Below are positions 14,236 through 25,414 of a DNA stretch of 64,000 nucleotides, in pieces (within the stretch, counting starts at the first letter, position 1; the number at the start of each line of letters is the position of its first letter). The DNA is from Octopus vulgaris. Taxonomy: Eukaryota. The stretch is from assembly GCA_951406725.2 (NCBI GenBank), contig OX597815.1, forward strand, positions 165,106,001 through 165,170,000, written 5' to 3'. A program made the position numbers and the translations under genes. Under the pieces are notes generated by a model. The model was not told the origin of the DNA. It saw only the letters and a list, made by a program, of their open reading frames with translations, and did no database searches.

Positions 14236-14875
14236 GTAGTGGTGTTAAACCAAGACATTGGCCTAACCCTTCTGATGTCCTTCCACCTGAAACTGCTTCT
14301 GGTTCTATCACACAAGCTTCCTTGTTTTAAAGTGATCTAAATTAAAATTTTCCATGAAACTTTCATGTTGATTTATGTTCCAAACATCAGGTTATTAACT
14401 CTGTAAGATGATTTTTGTACTTGGGTAGTAAATGTTATTTCCTACTAGTTTACCCCTATGAAGTATAAAAAAGGCTGATATTTCGTTCAAACTTTGCTTT
14501 TAATACATTTATTCAAACCCCAAAGAATCCCTTTCAGCATTTGGCTATGATACTCTCCCACAGCTCCTGCTCATGATCAGAGACGCACATATTGTCAGCC
14601 ACTAAGGGACATACTCAAATGGTTAAGGTCAAGCAACTGACAAGCAAATCTGTGGTATTGAGCAGAATATTTGCTATAATGATATTTCTGCTTCAACAAC
14701 TCAGTACTTAATCTGTTAGAAATGTTATGGAAAATAGGTCAGTTTCAAAACATTGATGTCAAGGTCACAAAAGCAAAGTTTGAAGGAATAGTTGTCATCT
14801 CCTTTGATTTCAGGATAGAAGCAAATAGGAAATAACACTAACTGATCCAAGATATAAGAAAAAAATTGTGATATA

Positions 14876-15044
14876 GGCGTAGGAGTGGCTGTGTGGTGAG
14901 TAGCTTGCTTTCCAACCACATGGTTCCAGGTTCAGTCCCACAGCATGGCACCTTGGGCAAGTGTCTTCTGCTATAGCCTCGGGCTGACCAAAGCCTTATG
15001 AGTGGATTTGGTTGACTGAAACTGAAAGAAGCCTGTCATATGTA

Positions 15045-15075
<31 letters not shown>

Positions 15076-15290
15076 TTATATGTCTGTGTTTGTCACCCCA
15101 ACATCGCTTGACAACCGATGCTGGTGTGTTTACGTCCCCGTAACTTAGTGGTTCGGCAAAAGGAACTGATAGAATAAGTACTGGGCTTACAAAGAATAAG
15201 TCCTTGGGTCGATTTGCTCAACTAAAGGCGGTGCTCCAGCATGGCCACAGTCAAATGACTGAAACAAGTAAAAGAGTAAAGAGTAACGAG
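14876..15290 (+). mobile_element. SINE family 1, full length
   Basis: ggcgtaggagtggctgtgtgg...caaatgactgaaacaagtaaaagagtaaagag. Confidence 0.9.
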
Positions 15291-16239
15291 TATACAGTAT
15301 AATGATATATTGTTTATTATTTTCAAAATTGATTAAAACAAAAGTATTGTGTTTCAGTAGAAAAATAATAGCAAAATGGTTAATTCACCAGCCATTAATC
15401 AAGTAATACACTGGTGAAGGCAGCCTTTGTCAGCCATCTTTTGACAACAAAATAATGCACTGGGATGTAAACTGTTGGTAAACTATTAATATCTGGTTTT
15501 AACTTCCTGTTGCCTTTATTGATTAGTCCCAGAGAAGCTTGATCAAACAAACTTATGATCAGAGGTGTTATGTTACATCCAACACTTCAGCATTCAGTTC
15601 TCTGTTTTATGACACAATACCATCAAGATTTATATTATGCTAGATGTCTTTTATTTGCAAATAAGGTGGATGTGATTTAGGAAAAACATGTAGAAGCTCA
15701 TTGTTTGGTTTGTGTTTCAATTGTTAGATGAACTTGAAGCTGTTTAAGATGGTTGTGTGCATGTGCATGTGTATGGGTGTGCATGTGTACATGTGTGCGT
15801 GCATGTGCATGGCAGTGTAAAAGCGTGATCATGCACAGTTGTACATATGCTTCCTAGTTAACAGGTCTAAGTTCAAGGCTATATACACACACACACATAA
15901 AATAATTGTATTAATATCCATTCTTTCATGCTTGCATGGTTCTGTTGGAATTTGTAGAGGTGGGTTTTCTAAGGCTGGATGCCCTAGAAAATCTGACAGG
16001 AGAAATAATAGCAACGTTGTTGCCCACACCTGAAAGATTTCTGAAGAGAAGTGTAAATGTAAGCAAACAGACACACTCACACATACAAGATACTTACGCA
16101 CACACATATATACACAATGAACTTCTTTAAGTTTTCATCTACCATATTCACTCACAAAGTGCCATGCATACATGTATATGTGTGTGTGTGTTTATGTATA
16201 TATATATATATATGTTTATATATATATATATATATACAC

Positions 16240-16442
16240 TTTATTAATAAAGATGCAAAGAATCACAAAAACTGTTACTTAGAGTTTCATGTTCCTGACA
16301 AATGGGAAAGTGAAACTCTGAGTAACAGTTTTTGTAGTGTCTTTGCAGCTTTGTTAATAAAGCATATTACTATACCTCTGGTATTCGAGTACTATTTTCT
16401 CCACCTTGTTTCGCATATATGTGCTTACTCTGGTATATACAT

Positions 16443-16475
<33 letters not shown>

Positions 16476-16502
16476 TATACTTACGCACACACACACACAC
16501 GT

Positions 16503-16550
<48 letters not shown>

Positions 16551-16770
16551 GTAAACACATAGATGCAAAAACAAATTGCAAGAAATAGTACTTGAATACC
16601 AAAATAGAGTAGTATACAGTTTTATTAATGCTGAAAAAAATCTTCACGAACTGTTACTTAGAGTTTCATCAGACAGTTGCAACAGCATTAATCATATAAC
16701 AACTATCTGACAAATGGTCTATTAAAACTCTGAGTGACAGTTTGTGAAGATTTTATTGGCCATAATAAGT
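16240..16770. repeat. Alternating-orientation array of a ~130-bp pLTR-like unit with hammerhead relics
   Basis: gaaactctgagtaacagtt and its reverse complement occur four times in alternating direction; 16361-16430 is inverted at 16550-16630. Confidence 0.7.
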
Positions 16771-18079
16771 GGCAGATATATATATATATATATACATCAT
16801 CATCATCCTCATCATTTAACGTCTTTCTCCATGCTGGCATGGGTTAGACAGTTTGACAAGATCTGAGATGCAAGGCGATGTCAAACTCCAATGTCAGCTT
16901 TGGTATGGTTTCTACAGTTGGAGGCCCTTCCTAATACCACTAAAAGTGTACTAGGTGCTTTTTCCATGTCACCAGTACTAGTGAGGTTGCCAAGTAATTT
17001 ACAAGGCAAGAAAAGAAAGAAATAGTGTGTGTATGCATCTATGTTGTTATCATTTTTCCTCTCTATAAGTACTCAATTAGCTTTGTACCTTTGAAGACTT
17101 ATGGAGCAAGCTATCTCTTGCTGGCAAAACAAGTAGGGATTAATGACAGGAAGGACGTTGAGTTTTAAAGGGTTTAGTCAATTATTTTGATCCTGGTATT
17201 TACTCCAGCTTGAAATTTTACTTGGACTCCTTTTTGTTGAACTGCTAAGATAAAGAGAATGTGGTATCTCAGCATAATGTCACAGATTTTAAACTGATGT
17301 AAATATAAATGCAAATTATTTCTCTCTTTCTCTCTTTCACACACACACACAAAACTGATGTCTCATCATCATCATCATCATCAAAATTAGTATTATCATT
17401 GTCATCATCATTTTATGTTCACTTTCCATGGGTTGGACAAGCAATGTCTGAAATCAGTTCATGTTTGGGATTCTTGCCCACCTAGGCCTGGCCGAGGGAA
17501 CTTGCCTCACTCATCCATTTTCATTTGGCATGATTTTTACAGCTGGGTGCCCTTTCTAATACAAACCACTTTAAAGAATGTACTGGGTGCATTTTTTCTA
17601 TGGCACCAGTACTGGAAAGGTTGTCAGCACCTTGCCAAAATAAGACAAGACTAAATGGTCTTCTGAATAACATGATGCCTCTGCACCAGAAGTGAAGCAA
17701 AGTGAAAACAGATTGTAATTATGTTCTTCGGAATATTTGATTATGTATCTTTGTAATTTTATTCTTTGGAGTGTTTAATAATGTATTTTGAACTGGTTTG
17801 AACACTAAATTTTAATTCAAAATACATAATCTTGATTGTACTAATGTATTTTGGATATATGATACTTTAGAATATATAACAATGTATTTTAGAATTAATT
17901 AGCAGCAATTTAAATGGAAAAGAGTATTTCCTTTTTACTATTAATTTTCCATATCTCCTGATTTCCGTGTTTTTTATAACATTTCCTGCACCAACATACA
18001 AATATATATTTGTGTGTGTCTGTCTGTATATATATATATGTATGTATATATACATATAAATATATAATTAACTTTTACG

Positions 18080-18665
18080 TTCTATTTATTTCAGTCATAA
18101 ATTTGCGACCATGCTGGGGCACTGCCTTGAAGAATTTTTAGTCGAATTATTTCACCCCAGTGTATATTTCTTCTTTTTAAAGCCTGGTACATATTATATT
18201 GTTCCCTTTTGCTGAATCATCCAGTTATGGAGATGTAAACATACCAACACTGGTTTCAATTTGCTTCAGTTATTGGATTTTGGTCAGGCTGGGGCACTAA
18301 CTTGAAGAGTTATAGTCATATTAATCAATTCCAATACTTCTTCTTTAGTTTAAGCTTGGTACATAGTCCATCAGGCTCTTATGCCAAACTTCTAAGCTAC
18401 AAGGAGATAAACAAACCAACACCAATTCTCAAAGTGCTGATGGGGTACAAACACATGGACACATACGTGCATGCACACACTTGCACGCCTGTGCACACAC
18501 ATACACACACACAATTGGCTCTTTTCAGTTACTGTCTACCAAATCCCCTCACAAGGCTTTGGTTGGTCTGGGGTTATAGTAGAAGACACTTGCCAAAGGT
18601 GCCATGCAATATAATTGAACCCAGAACCATATGGCTCAGAAGCAAACTATCACACAGCCACACCT
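18080..18665 (-). mobile_element. Old SINE family 1 copies (3' part duplicated)
   Basis: tttcagtcat...catgctggggcactgcc...cttttcagttactgtctaccaaatcc...gaagacacttgcc...cacacagccacacc. Confidence 0.7.
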
Positions 18666-19010
18666 ATCATCATCATTATCATCCTGATCATCATAATCAT
18701 CATGATATCATGATCATCATCGTCATTATCATTTAACATCTATTTTCGGAGCTGGTATGGGTTGGGTGGTTTGACAGGATATAAGGAGCTGCCAGGTCAA
18801 ACTCCAAGGTCAGCTTTGACATGGTTTCTACAGCTAGATGCCCTTCCTAAGGCCAACCACTCTACAGAGTGTACTGGGTCCTTTTTTCATGTTGCTATTA
18901 CTAACATGGTTGCCAAGTAACTCTCATCCGTTCATGAGGCTAACATAACTTCTAACTGAATTCTACACACACACACACACATATCTTCAGACACACATAT
19001 AGAATGAAAA

Positions 19011-19045
19011 ATAGATAGATAGATAGATACATAGATGGATAGATG

Positions 19046-19112
<67 letters not shown>

Positions 19113-19117
19113 GGATG

Positions 19118-19185
<68 letters not shown>
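19011..19185. repeat. (GATA)n microsatellite; representative of many (CA)n, (TA)n, (CATA)n, (GATA)n, (TAA)n and (ATG)n tracts across the window
   Basis: Direct inspection. Confidence 0.95.
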
Positions 19186-19186
<1 letters not shown>

Positions 19187-20685
19187 AGAGAAACATATAA
19201 GAGTGCAAACAAGAGATATAAAAAGAATATGAGACACTACAAACAGAGTGATTTATACTTTAATATATATTTTATATATGGTTTCTTTAGACTCAACTCA
19301 TAAAGAAATGATATATGTCATTTGCCATTCATTTGTTTAATGTGTGTTTTTTTCTATGCTGGCGTGACTTGGATAGGTTTGAGACAGGATATTTTATGGC
19401 CTGACTCTTTCCCTGTTGCTGAATCTCACCTATTTTATTTTTTAAGTATGGGATATTATATTCCATACGTCTTTGAAAGCCTAGAACTACTGGTCGTAAT
19501 GTCAACAAGGAATGTCAACATCAGCATAATAACACTTACATGGTGACTAACAAATACCAAAATCTACAATCATTTGCATACACACATGCACATATGCGTG
19601 CACACATACTACAAGTAAATATGTATTGTATGTAGAAGCTTAATATAATTTCTGTTCACCAAATTCACTTCTAAGTTATTGGTTAACCATTGCTGTACAA
19701 TGGGAATGTACCTAAAACCATGTGACTAATCATAGCCTTGCTTATACCTATAACATGACACACACACACACACACATGGTACTCTCTATCTGAAGAATCT
19801 CTAATAGGCGATATTTTTCATGTTCTCCTACATGAACAATTTTGTAATGCCTGTTAGCAAACAAAATACATGTAATGGTGAATAAAATAATGCCAAAACT
19901 TCTTTCCAATCTTCTGTTTTGATATGTAATTCATTGTCAACATCATCATTATCATCATCATCATTGTTTAATGTCCACTTTCCATACTGGCTTGGGTTGG
20001 ACTGTTTGACAGGAGCTGACCAAGCAGGAGCCTGCACTAGACTTTTGTGTCTATTTTGGCAGGGTTTTTTTATGACTAGATGCCATTCCTAACACCAACC
20101 ACCCAGCAGGGTGGACTTTATAAAAAAATAATATTTTCCAGCTTTTTTCAACTCTTATGCATACCTCACACAATCATAACTACATGTAATTTTGGAGTAC
20201 TGAAATAAACAGATGTGCTTCAAGAAGACACAGCTTGGATTATAACCCTATCTACATTAATATTATATATATACATATTTATGTATATATACCAGGTTAG
20301 GTAATGTGCCTTCAACAACTTGACACAGGATAAGATGACTTCTCCCCAGTCTCATGGCCTTACAAACTTGCATGAGCATCTTGTAAGGGTGAGTCCTGAG
20401 ATCTTTTTTGCTATAGCCATATTGCTTTCACCTCCTTTGTGGAGGGATATGATGGTTTTTTGGTCTATAGCCATTATCTAATTTATGAATCTAAATTTAT
20501 TTAGTCTGAAACAAAAAGAAGATACACTAAGCTTTTAAAATGCTGTATAATTTTCAGATCTTATCACAGCTATTGATAGTTATTAAAGCCTGAAACTTCG
20601 GTTGCCTTAATTTCGGGACACTCTGTATAGGCATGCACAAGCATTCTCACATAAGATAATTAAGAAAGTCATATATGGTGAATGC

Positions 20686-21112
20686 AAGGGCGGTGAGCTG
20701 GCACAATCATTAGCACGCCGGGTAAAATGCTTAGTGGTATTTCATCTGTTGTTACATTCTGGGTTCAAATTCCACCAAGGTCGACTTTGCCTTTCATCCT
20801 TTCGGGATCGATTAAATAAGTACCAGTTATGCACTGAGGGTCGATGTTAATTGACTTAATACCTTTGTCCATCCTTGTTTGTCCCCTCTATGTTTAGCCC
20901 CTTGTGGGTAATAAAGAAATAGGTATTTCATCTGTTGTTACATTCTGGGTTCAAATTCCACCAAGGTCGACTTTGCCTTTCATCCTTTCGGGGTTGATTA
21001 AATAAGTACCAGTTATGCACTGAGGGTCGATGCTAATTGACTTAATCCCTTTGTCCATCCTTGTTTGTCCCCTCTATGTTTAGCCCACCCCTTGTGGGCA
21101 ATAAAGAAATAA
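20686..21112 (+). mobile_element. SINE family 2 with near-identical internal ~186-bp tandem duplication
   Basis: ggtatttcatctgttgttacattctgggttcaaattccaccaaggtcgac... occurs at 20736 and 20922. Confidence 0.85.
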
Positions 21113-21735
21113 ATAATGCAAGGGAGATAACAAAATATGCTACCTCCCATAATCATCATCGTTTAGCATCTGTTCTCAATGCTGGCATAGGTTGGATGGT
21201 TTAACATGGAGCTAGTGAGCAGGGAGCTGTTCTAACTGTCTGTTGTACCATGGTTTCTACAGTTGGATGCTCTTCCCTATGCCAACCCTTCCCTACTGCA
21301 GCTCTCCACCCCCATACACTCTTACAATTCCCCCATCCACTCCTAGTTTCTCTGTCCCCAACCTACTTCTACTCACTTTGCATCGTGAGGCATCACTTGG
21401 ACACCTCATTACCATTATTTCTTTGGAGAAAACCACCATGTCATTTTATTCTCATTCTCTCTCCTATATGTGAATAACCATGTGGCTCCTCTTCAACATG
21501 ACTGCTCCATCCCACCCTTTCTCTGTTACCTTAATCCCTATTCTTGGCTTTTATAGATTTATGAACTGTGTGGCAACCTCAATTGTGCTGATGTCATGTA
21601 CAAAGCACTCAGTACACTCTGTCAAGTGGTTGGTGTTTGGAGATCATGCCAAAACAGACACTGGAGTACCACACAGTTTTTGACTCATGAATCCTTAACA
21701 AATCAGCCAACCCATACCAGTATGGAACATGGATG

Positions 21736-21769
<34 letters not shown>

Positions 21770-22312
21770 GTGATGGTGATACAGTGTAAATAAAATTAAG
21801 AAAACAAAATTATGAAATAGTGAAACAAAAAGAAACTCCACTGTACCAATATGACAAGCATTCTAATGTACAAATTTGGAAGTATTGTCCAATCCATTTC
21901 CTGCTGGCGTGAAGAGGAGAATAAAGCAAAACAGATGTGAGATGCAGTGGTGGTGATGAGTCAAAAGTAAGTAAAAAAATAAAACAATGAAGTACAGCAA
22001 AAAACTACACCAATGCATTCCACACCACTTAAGTGTCTCATTGATAATATCATCATCATCATAAGATAGTGAAAGAATTGGGTAAATTTCCCATCTACTT
22101 GGCACACACACAAATAATTCTCACTTAAGTTTATTTTATTTCTATATATTTGTTTATTTTACTCATTTTTCAAAGATTTTTTTGTTTTTTTTTTTGTTTT
22201 GTAAATGGAATGTGGTAAAAGTATGAATTGTGACAAGAATGGGATGGATTCTGTCAGCTTCCTTGTACTCTTTATTCCCTCATCTCTTGTTCTCTGTGCC
22301 CACAGTGGAATA

Positions 22313-22386
<74 letters not shown>

Positions 22387-22554
22387 AATAATAATAATGA
22401 AGTGTTGGTGGTCAGGTCAGTGAAGCACACTGAAGATTTTTGTTTCATCTTGGGATATTTTACTGTTATGATAAACAATGGAAGTGAACACGGCATCAAT
22501 TTTACATGCATATGTTTTAAATGGTTATTGTGATTCACCCAAGAATTAATTATA

Positions 22555-22716
22555 GGTGCAGGCATGACTATGTGGTAAGAATCTTGCTTTCCAACCACAT
22601 AGGGCCAGGTTCAGTCTTACTGTGTGGCACCTTGAGCAAGCGTCTTCTACTATAGCCTTGGACCAACCAAAGCCTTGTGAGTGGATTTGGTAGAAGAAAA
22701 CCAAAAAAACCTGTTG

Positions 22717-22810
<94 letters not shown>
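22555..22810 (+). mobile_element. SINE family 1 5' half, ending in its (TG)n tract next to the palindrome
   Basis: ggtgcaggcatgactatgtggtaag...gccttgtgagtggatttggtaga. Confidence 0.75.
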
Positions 22811-22811
<1 letters not shown>

Positions 22812-22829
22812 ACAAAAAGACAGATCTCA

Positions 22830-22875
22830 ACTTACAGCTGTTTCTGTCAGCATGATTCTCTGGTTTAACTACCAC

Positions 22876-22932
<57 letters not shown>

Positions 22933-22933
22933 C

Positions 22934-22970
<37 letters not shown>

Positions 22971-23061
22971 TAATAATAATAATAATGATAATGATAATAA
23001 TAATAGTTATCATTGTGAGTAATTAATTATACCAATTTGAATCTTGGAACTTCATCAGAGC
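22830..23061 (-). ncRNA. Hammerhead motif with extended stem II containing (TAA)n, left arm
   Basis: Minus strand: GCU-CUGAUGA-AGUUCCAAGAUUC...GAAUCAUGCUGACA-GAAA-CAGCUG-UA-AGU. Confidence 0.6.
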
Positions 23062-23265
23062 AGAAAAGTAAGTAAAATAAGAATAAAAAGAAAAACCAAG
23101 GAAAAGGAGAAAGTGAGAACGGTGATAATCAATTCATGCTACATGCTGACCCACTGGGAAACATTCGGAATGTTTCCCAGTGGGTCAGCATGTAGCATGA
23201 ATTGATTATCTCCGTTCTCACTTCCTCCTTCTTTTTCTTTTTGCTCTTATTTTACTTACTTTTCT

Positions 23266-23326
23266 GCTCTGATGAAGTTCCATGATTCAAATTGGTATAA
23301 TTAATTACTCACAATGATAACTATTA

Positions 23327-23361
<35 letters not shown>

Positions 23362-23407
23362 GTGGTAGTTAAACCTGGGAATCATGCTAACAGAAACAGC
23401 TGTAAGT
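23266..23407 (+). ncRNA. Hammerhead motif with extended stem II containing (TTA)n, right arm
   Basis: GCU-CUGAUGA-AGUUCCAUGAUUC...GAAUCAUGCUAACA-GAAA-CAGCUG-UA-AGU; CAUGAUUC pairs with GAAUCAUG; palindromic stem III ACAGCUGU. Confidence 0.65.
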
Positions 23408-23475
23408 TGAGATTCTGTCTTTTTGTAATTAATTAATAAATGATAACTAATGTAAATCAATTGTTATTAATAGTC

Positions 23476-23878
23476 ACAGGAGTGGCTGTGTGGTAAGTAG
23501 CTTGCCACATGGTTCCGGGTTCAGTCCCACTGCGTGGCATCTTGGGCAAGTGTCTTCTGCTATAGCCCCGGGTCGACCAATGCCTTGTGGGTGGATTTGG
23601 TAGACAGAAACTGAAAGAAGCCTGTCGTATATATGTATATATATATTATAAGTGTGTGTGTATATGTTTGTGTGTCTGTGTTTGTCCCCCTAGCATTGCT
23701 TGACAACCGATGCTGGTGTGTTTACGTCCCCGTCACTTAGCGGTTCGGCAAAAGAGACCGATAGAATAAGTACTGGGCTTACAAAGAATAAGTCCCGGGG
23801 TCGATTTGCTCGACTAAAGGCGGTGCTCCAGCATGGCCACAGTCAAATGACTGAAACAAGTAAAAGAGTAAAAGAGTA
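23476..23878 (+). mobile_element. SINE family 1, full length, low divergence
   Basis: tRNA-like head gtggctgtgtggtaag / gggttcagtccc, body, tail gtaaaagagtaaaagag. Confidence 0.9.
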
Positions 23879-24230
23879 ATCAATTGTATCTCCATTTTCT
23901 GCTTTCCTAGAATATTGAGATATAGCTTATTTCTGTCATTACCTTCATTTATGAGCATTAATACCAATGCTCATGATTAAATATAGGTAATACACCAGCG
24001 GATTCATTGGATACAAGTATTGCTTAGACAATTGTTATAACCTCTAACTTAACTCACCTATATCATCATCATCATCATTTAACGTCCGCTTTCCATGCTA
24101 GCATGGGTTGGACGGTTCAACTGGTGTCTGGGGAGCCCGAAGGCTGCACCAGGCCAGTTAGATCTGGCAGTGTTTCTACAGCTGGATGCCCTTCCTAACG
24201 CCAACCACTCCGAGAGTGTAGTGGGTGATT

Positions 24231-25140
24231 TTGTGTGCCACCGACACAGGTGCCAGACGAGGCTGGCGAACGGCCACGCTCGGATGGTGTTTTTATGTGC
24301 CACCGACACAGGTGCCAGACAAGGCTGGCAGACGACCACGCTCGGATGGTGTTTTTTTTTATGTGCCACCGACACAGGTGCCAGACGAGGCTGGCGAACA
24401 ACCACGCTCGGATGGTGTTTTTATGTGCCACCGACACAGGTGCCAGACAAGGCTGGCAGATGACCACGCTCGGATGGTGTTTTTATGTGCCACCGACACA
24501 GGTGCCAGACGAGGCTGGCGAACGGCCACGCTCGGATGGTGTTTTTATGTGCCACCGACACAGGTGCCAGACAAGGCTGGCAGACGACCACGCTCGGATG
24601 GTGTTTTTTTATGTGCCACCGACACAGGTGCCAGACGAGGCTGGCGAACGGCCACGCTCGGATGGTGTTTTTATGTGCCACCGACACAGGTGCCAGACAA
24701 GGCTGGCAGACGACCACGCTCGGATGGTGTTTTTTTTATGTGCCACCGACACAGGTGCCAGACAAGGCTGGCAGACGACCACGCTCGGATGGTGTTTTTA
24801 TGTGCCACCGACACAGGTGCCAGACGAGGCTGGCGAACGGCCATGCTCAGACGGTGTTTCTATGTGCCACCGACACAGGTGCCAGACAAAGCTAGCAGAC
24901 GACCACGCTCGGATGGTGTTTTTTATGTGCCACCGACACAGGTGCCAGACGAGGCTGGCGAACGGCCACGCTCGGATGGTGTTTTTTATGTGCCACCAAC
25001 ACAGGTGCCAGACAAGGCTAGCAGACGACCACGCTCGGATGGTGTTTTTATGTGCCACCGACACAGGTGCCAGACAAGGCTAGCAGACGACCACGCTCGG
25101 ATGGTGTTTTTTTTATGTGCCACCGACACAGGAGCCAGAT
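24231..25140. repeat. Tandem array of about 14.5 x 62-bp units (A/B variants) in the LINE 3' UTR
   Basis: Unit ttttatgtgccaccgacacaggtgccagac(g/a)aggctggc(gaacgg/agacga)ccacgctcggatggtgt. Confidence 0.95.
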
Positions 25141-25414
25141 TTGGCTGGCGATCGGCCACGATTGGGTGGTGATTGTTACGTGCCCACAGCATGGAGGCCA
25201 GTCGGTGCGGTACTGGCTACACCCACGTTCGGATGGTATTCTTGTGTGCCACCGGCACTGGTACCACAAAGATACAAATTCCATTGATGTTCATCTATTT
25301 TGATTTTGTTTGATTTTCACTTGCCTCAACAGGTCTTCACAAGTGTCACAAGAAGGAAGGTATGCACAGGTGGACTGACTACGTCCTAGGTAGGGGCCAC
25401 GGGTTATGGCCTGA

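Larger units (their letters stand above)
22812..23426. repeat. 615-bp palindrome made of a head-to-head pair of pLTR-like units
   Basis: Perfect 43-bp inner arms around a 1-nt spacer at 23167 (…gggaaacattc g gaatgtttccc…); arms stay complementary out to acaaaaagacaga / tctgtctttttgt. Confidence 0.95.

Noticed and set aside
14236-14330. 3' part of ORF 14094-14330
   Set aside because: It lies beyond the putative splice donor and appears to run into repeat-derived sequence.
24231-25140. CRISPR-like regular repeats
   Set aside because: Units are contiguous with no unique spacers, there are no cas genes, and the array lies in a eukaryotic LINE 3' UTR.
24225-25172. 315-aa and 282-aa ORFs
   Set aside because: They are translations of the stop-poor 62-bp tandem array.
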